Source of the DNA: Armatimonadetes bacterium DC
GTDB taxonomy: Bacteria; Armatimonadota; Fimbriimonadia; Fimbriimonadales; GBS-DC
Assembly: GCA_001442985.1 (NCBI GenBank)
Contig: LDYB01000007.1
Location: 3,288-67,287, forward strand
Direction: 5' to 3'
Length of the DNA stretch: 64,000 bases
In this document: piece by piece, positions 39,327-48,978 of the stretch
Position numbering within the stretch: the stretch's first letter is position 1
Layout: every line of letters begins with the position of its first letter
Program-made: the position numbers and the translations under genes
Notes under the pieces: generated by a model
Told to the model about the DNA's origin: nothing
Database searches by the model: none
The model's input: only the letters and a program-made list of their open reading frames with translations

Positions 39327-40465
39327 CGGGTCGCCTCCTGCTGGGATAGCCCGTAAGCATTCCCTTCCGCGCTTTGAGGAAGCATTTCTGCCGCGGCGAA
39401 GTGCGCCTGACGGTATGCCTCCCGAACCGCGTCCAGCGGTGTCCACTCTCCCTCGCGCAAAACATGCCAGAACTTCCAGCCGTTCACCCCTGGCTTGCCC
39501 ATCAGATACGACCCCACGCGGTGAATGGAACCCACCACGCCGTTTGCCTGCACCATGCCCGTCGCCAGCACGGTGGCGGTGAAGCGCCCATCGTGCGAAC
39601 GGAGGGTTTCTCCTGGCTGAAGATAGCCCTGTTCCACCAGCACGCCGAACGGCACGCGCGGCGGCTTTTGCTCCACCGAATAGTCAATCAGCTCTTGCGG
39701 AACAGGGTGGGTGCGCTCCAGTCGCTGAATCGCCAGCTGGCAGTAGGTGGGGTCCTGCTCGATGCCGATATAATGGCGGCGCAGGCGTTTGGCAACCACA
39801 GCCGTCGTGCCCGTACCCAGAAACGGGTCTAACACCACATCTCCCGGCTGGCTGGAGAGGGTGATAATCCGATAGAGCAGCGCCTCTGGCTTCTGGGTGG
39901 GGTGTGCCTTTTTGCCGTCAATTTTCACGCGCTCGCGCCCGGTGCAGAGCGGGAGGTGCCACTCCGCGCGGAGCTGGCGGTCGTCATTCAGGGCGCGCGC
40001 GGTTTTGTAGTGGAACTGATAGCGGGCGCCTTTATGCTTCACCGCCCAGATGAGAATCTCATGCGAGTGGGTCAGGCGCCTGCCCCGAAAATTTGGCATC
40101 GGGTTCGCTTTGACCCATATCACGGAGTTGAGAATCCAGAACCCCAAATCCTGCATCAGTTTGCCAATCCGAAAAATGTTGTGATAGCTGCCAATCACCC
40201 AGAGGGCGCCGTCGTCTTTCAGCACGCGCCGACAGCCCTCCAGCCAGCGCAGGCAAAACGAGTCGTACTCCTCAAAGCTGGAGAACTGATCCCAGGCTTC
40301 GTCCACCGCGTCCACTTTGGTGAGGTTCGGACGCCACAGCTCTTCCTGCAATTGCAGAAAGTAGGGTGGGTCGGCGAAGATGAGGTCTACCGACTGTTCA
40401 GGGAGCTGGGGCAAAATTTCGGTGCAGTCGCCCTGTATGACGGTATCGAGCCAGGGATGTTGCAT
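39323..40465 (-). CDS. CcrM/M.HinfI-like beta-class DNA adenine methyltransferase (orphan)
   Basis: 'FADPPYFLQL', 'IGSYHNIF', 'NPMPNFRGRR', 'HPTQKPEALL', 'DPFLGTGTT'; CcrM-type C-domain 'RVPFG..VE.G...GSIH..G...NGW.FW'. Confidence 0.9.
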   Translation of the reverse strand: MQHPWLDTVIQGDCTEILPQLPEQSVDLIFADPPYFLQLQEELWRPNLTKVDAVDEAWDQFSSFEEYDSFCLRWLEGCRRVLKDDGALWVIGSYHNIFRIGKLMQDLGFWILNSVIWVKANPMPNFRGRRLTHSHEILIWAVKHKGARYQFHYKTARALNDDRQLRAEWHLPLCTGRERVKIDGKKAHPTQKPEALLYRIITLSSQPGDVVLDPFLGTGTTAVVAKRLRRHYIGIEQDPTYCQLAIQRLERTHPVPQELIDYSVEQKPPRVPFGVLVEQGYLQPGETLRSHDGRFTATVLATGMVQANGVVGSIHRVGSYLMGKPGVNGWKFWHVLREGEWTPLDAVREAYRQAHFAAAEMLPQSAEGNAYGLSQQEATR

Positions 40466-40483
40466 GTCGTTGCCTCCGCCCGT

Positions 40484-40924
40484 CTATTTTACCTCTGTGC
40501 CGTTGGTGTGTCCGTTTTTACAGCGGGGGCATAGCCCATAGTAGACGATACGGGCGCCCTGAATTTCGTAGCCCGAGCGTTCCGCGACGGCACGCTCCAC
40601 CCGCTCGATGAGTTCCTCGTCGAAGTCCACCACCTGGTGGCACCGCACGCACACGAGGTTGATGTGGGGTTGCAGGTCTGCCTCATAGTGTTCCATGCCG
40701 TCGCCTGCGTCGCCCAGTGTATGCACCAGCCCCAGCTGCTTCAGCACATTCAGCGTTTTGTAGACGGTGGCGAGGCTCAATGTGGGGAACTGGGGCAGGA
40801 GCGCGTGATAAATCATCATTGCCGTCGGGTGGTCTTTGCTCTCGGCGAGTGTTTTGCAGATCGCCACCCGTTGTGGCGTGATGCGCAATCCGGCTCGCTT
40901 CAGCCCTTCTATCAGATGGTTCAT
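40484..40924 (-). CDS. Fur-family regulator (PerR-like)
   Basis: 'GLRITPQR', 'DHPTA', 'SLATVYKTL', CxxC pairs 'CVRC' and 'CPRC'. Confidence 0.92.
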   Translation of the reverse strand: MNHLIEGLKRAGLRITPQRVAICKTLAESKDHPTAMMIYHALLPQFPTLSLATVYKTLNVLKQLGLVHTLGDAGDGMEHYEADLQPHINLVCVRCHQVVDFDEELIERVERAVAERSGYEIQGARIVYYGLCPRCKNGHTNGTEVK

Positions 40925-40961
40925 CGCCGTCCTCCCTGTGGAGAGTGATTTTCTGATGAGA

Positions 40962-40991
40962 ATTATACTCCATAAGAGGGCATGATGTCAA
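40962..40991 (-). promoter_or_regulatory. Consensus sigma70 promoter of the fur-methylase-ATPase operon
   Basis: TTGACA-N18-TATAAT on the minus strand. Confidence 0.75.
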
Positions 40992-41110
40992 GGGGGTGGG
41001 AGATGTTCAGACAGCCTGGCTTCTCCAATCCCTGCATTTTTACCAGTTTTCTCCCCGATTGTCCAGTTTGGCACGCAATTTGAGTCTTTAAGGCGACGGA
41101 GGTATGGAGC

Positions 41111-42001
41111 ATGTGGAACCGAGCGAACTTCTGGCGAGGTGTAAGCCTCCTGGTGGTTGCAAGTGTGATTCATGGTGCGGCATGGAGTATCGTCCGACGA
41201 CATGATGTCCCTGACAGTCAATATCAGCTGCTTGGAGCCTCGGCTCTCGCCGCTACGGTAGGGCGAGTTATTGGCTCAAACGCGTCGGGTTCAGGAACTG
41301 TGATTGCAAACGGCAGGTGGGTACTCACCGCGGCGCATGTGGTCTATAACAATCCCAATCTCGTGTTCCAGCTGGGCGCCAGCACCTACACTGTGCAAAA
41401 TGTGTATATCCACCCCAACTACAACCCGAGCGACTTGATGTACGGAGGCGATATCGCTCTGCTGGAACTGTCGGCTCCGGTGGTCGGGGTAACCCCTGCC
41501 CTTATTAACACCAGCTTCAGCCCGATCGGGCTGAACAGTATTTCCGTTGGCTACGGTGCTACAGGTACTGGGCTAACAGGATACACAACTTACGATGGTC
41601 GGCGTCGTGGGATGACGAATGTTGTGGACGCCTATCTGAGCTCATACAACAACTCCACCGAGTGGATTCTGAGCGACTTTGACCATCCAACAGACTCTAC
41701 CTACAGCACGATGGGTAGCAGCATGGCGACGCCCTTTGAGGGTCTGGTGGCACCAGGGGACAGCGGTGGTCCTGTGTTCATTCAGGTTGGGACAAACCGC
41801 TACATTGCCGGGGTTCATTCATTTATTGCTGCGCCACTCGACTATTACCCGAATGCGAGCTACGGTGACATTCAGGCTTCCACGAATGTCGCCCTGTATG
41901 CAGGCTGAATTGAGGCGACCGTTCCGGAGCCGGCGTCGTTGCTGGTGCTGGCGACGGGCGTCGTCGGTCTGCTCGCGCGTCGGCGCATGCGCCAGTCGTA
42001 A
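41111..42001 (+). CDS. Trypsin-like serine protease; PEP-CTERM tail separated by in-frame TGA at 41906-41908
   Basis: Signal peptide, 'LTAAH', 'DIAL', 'GDSGGP'; after the TGA the frame continues 'IEATVPEPASLLVLATGVVGLLARRR'. Confidence 0.85.
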
Positions 42002-42024
42002 GCCCTCACACTCCACGAGTAGCG

Positions 42025-42065
42025 CGGGTTGCGGGGGTGCGTCCCCTGCAACCCGATTTTGATTT
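42025..42065 (+). terminator. Intrinsic terminator
   Basis: 13-bp GC stem CGGGTTGCGGGGG/CCCCTGCAACCCG followed by ATTTTGATTT. Confidence 0.7.
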
Positions 42066-42086
42066 AAGGGGTATACTCCCTGCCCG

Positions 42087-43781
42087 ATGGGCAAGGCGTC
42101 GGCAAAAGCATCTTCACCGAAGCGCCCCATGGGCGCGTGGGCAGGGGCAATTGCGCTCTTTGTGCTGGCGTTCGCAATCCGCTATGTGGGCATCTCGTGG
42201 AGCCTGCCCAACGAAACCCACTACTACAGCTATCACCCCGACGAGTGGCTGGTGCTGTTAGCCAGCTACTTCGTGATGAACCCCTACGCGGGCGACTGGC
42301 TGCCGGGGTTTTACAACTACGGCACGCTCCCGATGACGCTGTGGAGCGCGTGGCTGCACTGGCTCAGTGCGTTTGGCGTGATTACACCGCTTCCCGAAAA
42401 CCCCACGCCTTTACAGCTGGCACAGTTGCGAGCCGATTTGCTTCTCTGGGCGCGCGTGTTAACGGCTTTGCTTGGCGCGGGCACGGCGGTTGTGGTGGCG
42501 CGCACGCTGGCGCTGGTCGCAGGCGAGCGGGCAGGGCTGTTCGCCGGGCTGGCGCTGGCGCTCGCGCCTGCCTTTGTGGTGCATAGCCGCTTCCAGACGG
42601 TGGATGTGCCCACCACTTTTTTTGTGGCACTGACCTTTTATCAGTCGGTCGCGCTCTGGAACGCCCCGAATCGCTGGCGTACCCTGCTATGGGGCGCGTT
42701 CTGGGCAGGATGCGCCGCGGGGAGCAAGTATAACGCGGGGCTGGCGATTCTCGCGCTCTGGGTGAGCTGGGGGCTGCTCACACGGCGCGATGCGGGGGGC
42801 TGGTATGGGATGCTCGGCGGGATTCTTGCCAGCGCGGGCGTGGCGCTACTGACTTTCTTGCTGGCGTGCCCGGGCAGCTGGGCAGACAGTGAGAAGTTCT
42901 GGCGCGATTTCCGCTACGAAGTGCGCCATGTGAAGCAGGGACACGGCGAGATTTTCACCGACACAGGGCTGGGCTGGGTGTATCACCTGTATCCGAACCT
43001 GACGACTGGATTCACGCTGACAGGGTTGGTGCTGGGGCTGATGGGCTGGTTCTGGGCGGGGCGTCGGGAGCGGGCGCTGTGGGGAATCGCGCTGGCATCG
43101 CTGGCGTACTATCTGCTGATTGGAAGCGCGGAAGTGCGCTTTATGCGCTATACCTTTCCGTTGTTCCCCACGCTGGCAATCGGGCTGGGGTTATGGGTGA
43201 GCGAAGCGGCAGGCAAACTCCAGCGGGCAGGGCGGTGGCTTATTCCGGTCGTGCTGATGGTGCAGGCGGTTTACACGACGGATTACACGCTCTGCATGGT
43301 TCGCCCCGACGCGCGCGATCAGGCGGTGGAGTGGATTCGCGAAAATATTTCGGAACGCTCCGTGATAGCGTTTCCCACCGTGCCGTGGTTTTACACGCCG
43401 CCCCTGTTTCCCGAAACGGGGGAGCTGTTCTGGGAGGAGCGCCTGAAGGCGATGCAGGCTTTTGAGGGACGCTACCGGCTTGTGTCGCTCGCGCCGCCCG
43501 AGTGGAGCGCAGAAAACCTGCGCCTGCATCAGCCCGATTATGTTCTCATCAGCGAGTTTGAGGCACGGGATGTGGCGCGTATCGGGCGCCCCGACTATCG
43601 CGCCTTCATGCAGGCGTTGCAGCAAGACTATGTGCTGCTGGAGACCTTCTCCAACGGTCCCGCTCTGGTGGGCAACCGAAACAGCCTGCCCCATGATATG
43701 CTTTACATCTGCCCCGAAGTGATGCTCTGGGGCAGGAAAACAGTGGTGGAAGACGAACTGAACACAGGAGGTGCGCCATGA
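42087..43781 (+). CDS. GT-C membrane glycosyltransferase (ArnT/PMT-like)
   Basis: 'YHPDE', 'FYNYG', 'HSRFQTVD', 'GSKY', 'RY..P'; many TM segments. Confidence 0.82.
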   Translation: MGKASAKASSPKRPMGAWAGAIALFVLAFAIRYVGISWSLPNETHYYSYHPDEWLVLLASYFVMNPYAGDWLPGFYNYGTLPMTLWSAWLHWLSAFGVITPLPENPTPLQLAQLRADLLLWARVLTALLGAGTAVVVARTLALVAGERAGLFAGLALALAPAFVVHSRFQTVDVPTTFFVALTFYQSVALWNAPNRWRTLLWGAFWAGCAAGSKYNAGLAILALWVSWGLLTRRDAGGWYGMLGGILASAGVALLTFLLACPGSWADSEKFWRDFRYEVRHVKQGHGEIFTDTGLGWVYHLYPNLTTGFTLTGLVLGLMGWFWAGRRERALWGIALASLAYYLLIGSAEVRFMRYTFPLFPTLAIGLGLWVSEAAGKLQRAGRWLIPVVLMVQAVYTTDYTLCMVRPDARDQAVEWIRENISERSVIAFPTVPWFYTPPLFPETGELFWEERLKAMQAFEGRYRLVSLAPPEWSAENLRLHQPDYVLISEFEARDVARIGRPDYRAFMQALQQDYVLLETFSNGPALVGNRNSLPHDMLYICPEVMLWGRKTVVEDELNTGGAP

Positions 43782-45550
43782 TTGTAGATACCCTTTCGAA
43801 GGCGTTTCTGCGGAGCGTGGGGGAGAACGGTGACAAACCCGCTCTGCTGGTGAAGCGCGAGAAGCAGTTCCGCCCGATTACCTATCACGAACTGGGGCGG
43901 CGCGTCTATCAGTTCGCCCGGGGGCTACACGCGCTGGGTGTGGCGCCGGGCGACCGTGTGGCGATTCTTTCCGAAAACTGCCCCGAATGGGCGATTACCG
44001 ACTGGGCGAACCTCTGCCTGGGCGCCATCACCGTGCCGATTTACCCGACGCTGACCCCCGCGCAGGTGCGGGAGATTCTTGTGGACTCAGAGCCGAAGGT
44101 GCTGGTGGTGAGCGATAAACGCCAGCTCAAGAAGGCGCAGGATGCCCTCAAAGACACCAAACTGCAGATAGTCCTGATTGGCATGCAACCGGATGAGCAG
44201 GGCGAGGCGCTCCCGTTTGAGCAGGTTATGAACATGCCGGGCGAGCTGAGTGAGGAAGGCTTCCGCAAGATGGCGCTCCGTGTGCAGCCCGACGACCTCG
44301 CCACGCTGATTTACACCTCCGGCACTACTGGTGAACCTAAAGGCGCGATGCTCACCCATGCCAACTTCATCTCTAACATTCAGGCATGCCTGGAAGTGCT
44401 GGAGATCCAGAAAAGCGACCTGTTTCTGTCGTTTCTGCCGCTGAGCCATGTGTTCGAGCGGATGGCGGGACACTTCCTGCCGATTTATGCGGGCTTGACA
44501 ATTGCCTATGCCGAGAGCCTGTTCACCCTCGCGGCAGATATGGTGGAAGTTAAGCCGACCGTGATGCTGGGCGTGCCCCGCTTTTACACTTCGGTGCAGG
44601 ATCGGATTCTCGCCTCGATTCGGGAGCAGACGCCGCTGAAGCAGAAACTGTTTTACAAGGCGCTGGAGGTGGGCAAAATCTATTCCCGCTGCTGGCGCGA
44701 GGGGCGTCCGTGCCCGCTGGGCGCTCGGCTGATGCATTCCGTGCTGGATCAGCTGGTGGGCGCGAAGATTCGCGAGCGTGTGGGCGGGCGGCTGCGCTTC
44801 TTCGTGTCGGGAGGCGCCGCGCTGCCCAAGGAGACCGCCGAATTCTTCCACGCCTTCGGCATCCTGATTCTGGAGGGCTATGGACTGACCGAGACCAGCC
44901 CTGTGCTGACCGTGAACCCTCTGCATGCGCCCCGGTTCGGCAGCGTGGGGAAACCCATCCCGGGCGTGGAAATCAAGATTGCAGAAGACGGCGAGATACT
45001 GGCGCGTGGTCCCAACATTATGAAGGGCTACTGGCATAAGCCTGAAGCCACGCGCGAGGCGATTGACCCCGACGGCTGGTTCCACACAGGCGATATTGGG
45101 TATATGGACGAACACGGCTACCTCTACATCACCGACCGCAAGAAAGACATTATCGTGCTGGCGAACGGCAAGAATGTCGCGCCTCAGAAACTGGAGAATC
45201 TGCTTCGTAACAGCCCGTTTATTCAAGAAGCGGTGGTGTTCGGCGACAAGATGAGCGCGCCCGTCGCCCTGATTATCCCCGATATGGAGATGCTTAAACA
45301 GTTCGCCCAGCAGCACGAGCTGGACGCTTCCGACATCCCCAGCCTGCTGGAGCATGAACTGGTGCAAAAACGCTTCCGTCAGGAAATAGAGCAGGTGAAC
45401 CGCGAGCTGGCGGACTACGAGCGCATCAAGGGCTTCCGCCTGATCGCCACGCAGTTCACCATCGGCGACGAATTAACCCCGACGCTTAAAGTTAAGCGTC
45501 GGGTGGTGGCGCAAAAATACGCCCATCTGATAGCCGAGATGGCGCGTTAG
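43778..45550 (+). CDS. fadD: Long-chain fatty acid--CoA ligase
   Basis: 'IYTSGTTGEPKG', 'LPLSHVFER', 'EGYGLTETSP', 'WFHTGDIG', 'ELTPTLKVKR'. Confidence 0.9.
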   Translation: MIVDTLSKAFLRSVGENGDKPALLVKREKQFRPITYHELGRRVYQFARGLHALGVAPGDRVAILSENCPEWAITDWANLCLGAITVPIYPTLTPAQVREILVDSEPKVLVVSDKRQLKKAQDALKDTKLQIVLIGMQPDEQGEALPFEQVMNMPGELSEEGFRKMALRVQPDDLATLIYTSGTTGEPKGAMLTHANFISNIQACLEVLEIQKSDLFLSFLPLSHVFERMAGHFLPIYAGLTIAYAESLFTLAADMVEVKPTVMLGVPRFYTSVQDRILASIREQTPLKQKLFYKALEVGKIYSRCWREGRPCPLGARLMHSVLDQLVGAKIRERVGGRLRFFVSGGAALPKETAEFFHAFGILILEGYGLTETSPVLTVNPLHAPRFGSVGKPIPGVEIKIAEDGEILARGPNIMKGYWHKPEATREAIDPDGWFHTGDIGYMDEHGYLYITDRKKDIIVLANGKNVAPQKLENLLRNSPFIQEAVVFGDKMSAPVALIIPDMEMLKQFAQQHELDASDIPSLLEHELVQKRFRQEIEQVNRELADYERIKGFRLIATQFTIGDELTPTLKVKRRVVAQKYAHLIAEMAR

Positions 45551-46779
45551 GAGACCGCGCGCTGGTGAATAAACTCGGAGACCGCCGAGGAAGGCACCAC
45601 GCTGAAGGGGTGCGTGGGAACCCGTGCCATGCGCTCAAACAGGCTGGCATACGCGCGCCCTACGGCGTCCCAGTTCAGCATCGCCGCTTTCTTCTGGGCG
45701 ACGGCGCGGTGATAGCGCATCAGCATCGGGTCTGACAACAGCTGCAGGATAGCGTCGGCAATCGAATCGGGATTGCGGAACTCCACCAGCATCCCGCCGC
45801 CGTCCGCCAGTACCTCCTGTGCGTACAGATAGGGGGTGGAAATCACCACGCATCCCGCCGCCAGCGCGTAGGCTAAGGTGCCGCTCGTAATCTGGTCGGG
45901 GTTCAGGTAAGGCGTGATGTAGAGGTCGGTCGCCCGCAGGTAGAGCCGAATATCTTCCAGACTCAGATAGCGGTTCTCGAACACGACATGCTCCTGCAAG
46001 CCGAGCCGCTCCACTTCCGCCATCAGCATCTCACGGTACTCTTCTCCTTCGCGGGCACGCACTTTGGGGTGTGTCTCGCCCAGAATCAGGTAGACCACAT
46101 TCGGGAACTGCTTGACGACCTCTGGCAGGGCGCGAATCACATATTCCAGCCCTTTGCCGCGGCTCACCAGCCCGAAGGTACTCAACACCGTGCGCCCGCT
46201 GAAGCCGATCAACGCTTTCGCCTCCTGCTGGGCAATGGGCAACGGGGCAGGGGCGCCGTGCGGAATCACATACACATTGTCCGTCGGCACCTCATACACC
46301 TCACGGAGCAGGTGAACCGCTGTGGTCGCCATCACCACAACCGCGTTCGAGTGGAGCACCACCTTGCGCAAAATGTCGCGCATCACATCGGTGGGGCGGG
46401 GCACGACCGTGTGCAGTGTGGTGACCACAGGCACTTCCAGACGGCGCAGGAACGGAATGATGTACTCGCCCATCTCGCCTCCGAAAATCCCATACTCATG
46501 CTGGAGGCTCACCACCCGCACCTGCGAGCGATTCAGCAATTCGGCGGCTTCCACATAATCCCCCATCTCCTCCCTTCGAATCTGGTAAATCACACGGGGA
46601 TCAGGGTGGTCAATATAATCTTCGTGGTCTGCGGAAATCACCAGTCCGCGCCAGCCGTGCCGCTCGACGGCGTTCAACACATCCTGCGTGAAGGTTGCCA
46701 ATCCGCACTCCGTGGGCGGATAGGTGCTGACAAACGCAACCTCTGGACGCACATCGATGCCGTTGCTCTTTCGAGACAT
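45547..46779 (-). CDS. GT4 glycosyltransferase
   Basis: 'TYPPTECGLATF', 'QHEYGIFGG', 'TTLHT', 'GKGLE', 'TSGTLAYA'. Confidence 0.9.
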   Translation of the reverse strand: MSRKSNGIDVRPEVAFVSTYPPTECGLATFTQDVLNAVERHGWRGLVISADHEDYIDHPDPRVIYQIRREEMGDYVEAAELLNRSQVRVVSLQHEYGIFGGEMGEYIIPFLRRLEVPVVTTLHTVVPRPTDVMRDILRKVVLHSNAVVVMATTAVHLLREVYEVPTDNVYVIPHGAPAPLPIAQQEAKALIGFSGRTVLSTFGLVSRGKGLEYVIRALPEVVKQFPNVVYLILGETHPKVRAREGEEYREMLMAEVERLGLQEHVVFENRYLSLEDIRLYLRATDLYITPYLNPDQITSGTLAYALAAGCVVISTPYLYAQEVLADGGGMLVEFRNPDSIADAILQLLSDPMLMRYHRAVAQKKAAMLNWDAVGRAYASLFERMARVPTHPFSVVPSSAVSEFIHQRAVS

Positions 46780-47010
46780 CCAAATCACCTCCCTATGGTG
46801 AACATCACTTTCTTAGAGAAAGTGATAAGCGTGGCAAAAATCGTGATTTTTATGCTTCCGATTTGCCACCCGTCGAAAGCAGGAACTCAAGGCTTCTTTG
46901 ACACTCCTGAGTGCGACTCAGGCGTTCCTGACGGCGAAGCATTTGCTGGCGGCATCCTTGCCCATGAGGTCTTTGGGGTACCTGGTCAGTATCGTTTCGT
47001 TCTCGTTAAC

Positions 47011-47040
47011 ATGATACCCGATTTTGACGGGAAGAGTCAA
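47011..47040 (-). promoter_or_regulatory. Sigma70-like promoter about 230 nt upstream of the GT4 gene
   Basis: TTGACT-N18-TATCAT on the minus strand. Confidence 0.5.
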
Positions 47041-47127
47041 GGGCTTTTACGGTGCCGCCGTGCGCTTCCCCTGAAGCCTCGCATCACCGCGGGCTGTTAA
47101 GATTATCGGCAGGGACTTTCTAATTCT

Positions 47128-48549
47128 TTAGAGGGGACGCTGACGGCGCTGGATTCGTGAGCGGATTCGCTGGACGGTTTCGCGGAGTTGTGGGTCGCGC
47201 GGGAGACGCTGGGCAATCTGGCGGTAGGCGTGCATGACGGTGGTGTGGTCGTTGCGCTGGAGCGCCTGGGCGATGCGTGTCCACGATTCGCCTGTCAGTT
47301 CGCGTGCCATATACGCCGCAATCTGGCGGATAGGCACAATATCGCCGCGGCGGCTCTTGCCTGTGAGCTCATGCTCGCTGATGGCGAATTCCTCGCAGAC
47401 AGCCTCTATCACACTGACAAGGGTGAGCGGAGCGGACGGCGGCGCATCGATGAGATAGTCGCGGAGTGCCTCGCGAGCCAGTTCCAGACTGATGGGGGCT
47501 TCATAGAGTGAGCTGTGGGCAATCAGGCGAGTCAGCACGCCCTCCAAGGCGCGCACATTCGAATGCACCTTGTCGGCGATATACTCGGCGACCTCAATCG
47601 GCAGGGCGACTCCTTCACGCTCTGCTTTGGCGCAGAGGATGGCGATGCGCATTTCATAGTCAGGGGGGGCAATATCGGCGCACAAGCCCTGTTCGAATCG
47701 GGAGCGCAGGCGCTCTTCGACACCGCTCAGGTCGCGCGGAGGCTTATCGCTGGACATCACCAGCGGGCGCCCCGCGCTGTAGAGCGCGTTGTAGAGGTGG
47801 AAAAACTCTTCCTGCGAGCGCTCTTTGCCCGCAAGAAACTGCACATCGTCCATCAGCCAGAGGTCCACACTGCGGTAGCGTGCGCGGAACTCGTCGATGC
47901 GCCCGCTGCGAAGCGCCTGCACATAGTCGCGCACGAACGCTTCGGCACTCATGTAGACCACGCGCGCCCCCGCATAGCGCGACAGGAACGCCTGCCCGAT
48001 CGCATGCAGAAGGTGCGTTTTGCCCAATCCGGGCGCGCCATACAGAAACAGCGGATTGTAGCGTTTGCCAGGCGCTTCGACCACCGCCTGACCTGCCGCG
48101 ACGGCAAGGCGGTTGCTCTGGCCGACAATCAGCGTCTCGAAAGTGAGTTGCGGGTTGAACTGCGGGGCGGGCAGGGGAGGTGCAGAAGGGGCGGCGACCG
48201 CGGCGGGCATTGCCACAACGACCTCTTCCATCGGCGTGGGGATGTGGCTCGCCTCCTCGCCGACCAGTTCGACACGCACCTCACGCCCCAGATACTCGCT
48301 CAGCAAGACGGTAATCTCGTGGCGGTGGTGGTGCGAAACCCACTGTCTGCCGAACGCACTATCCAGACGCAAGGCAACGCAGTCGTCCTGTATCCCGAGG
48401 GGTTCAATCGCCTCGAGGAACCGACGACTGGTGACCGAAGCTTTGGGAAGGAGCTGGCGAAGCGCTTCGCGCCACGCACGGCGCAACTGGGCGCTATCGA
48501 GACTCTCCCCAAGCCGCAACTGGTCTATGCTCTCGTCCTTGCGTCGCAT
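47128..48549 (-). CDS. dnaA: Chromosomal replication initiator DnaA (possibly a paralog)
   Basis: 'YNPLFLYGAPGLGKTHLL', 'DDVQF', 'QEEFFH', 'RLRSRF', 'NVRALEG', 'DHTTVMHA'. Confidence 0.92.
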   Translation of the reverse strand: MRRKDESIDQLRLGESLDSAQLRRAWREALRQLLPKASVTSRRFLEAIEPLGIQDDCVALRLDSAFGRQWVSHHHRHEITVLLSEYLGREVRVELVGEEASHIPTPMEEVVVAMPAAVAAPSAPPLPAPQFNPQLTFETLIVGQSNRLAVAAGQAVVEAPGKRYNPLFLYGAPGLGKTHLLHAIGQAFLSRYAGARVVYMSAEAFVRDYVQALRSGRIDEFRARYRSVDLWLMDDVQFLAGKERSQEEFFHLYNALYSAGRPLVMSSDKPPRDLSGVEERLRSRFEQGLCADIAPPDYEMRIAILCAKAEREGVALPIEVAEYIADKVHSNVRALEGVLTRLIAHSSLYEAPISLELAREALRDYLIDAPPSAPLTLVSVIEAVCEEFAISEHELTGKSRRGDIVPIRQIAAYMARELTGESWTRIAQALQRNDHTTVMHAYRQIAQRLPRDPQLRETVQRIRSRIQRRQRPL

Positions 48550-48978
48550 ACTGCCTCCCTGCTCTCGCCAGAGGGTGGCATATAGGATAGCACATCCCCT
48601 CCCCGAATCCTGCAATTGCTTCCAGCATTTCAGGAGCGTCTAAGGGCTAATGAGAGCCATTTAGTCCCAAAGTGAGATTTTTTCGCGCTATTCCGTGTTT
48701 TTCTGGGTTTTTGCTTGTCTTTGCTTGATTTTTCCAATCGGTGGTGGAGCCAGTTCACGACCCCACAATATTTTGGAATGCGCCTTCAGGGGTGTGTGGA
48801 AGGCTTCAGGGGGAAGAAAGGCTTGAGACGCGTTGTTGTAAAGTAGGTGAGATTCAGAGAAGCAGGACGCAGGAACCACGCCTGTACGGGCAGGGGTGAG
48901 GGCACGGCACAGTGAGCGTTGCGGCAAGGCAGGGCAGATATCTTTGCCGCAGCGCAGCTTGAGCAGACAGGACCGTCC

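Noticed and set aside
41906-41908. Selenocysteine or genome-wide UGA recoding
   Set aside because: The position corresponds to Trp, not Cys, and many genes here end normally in TGA
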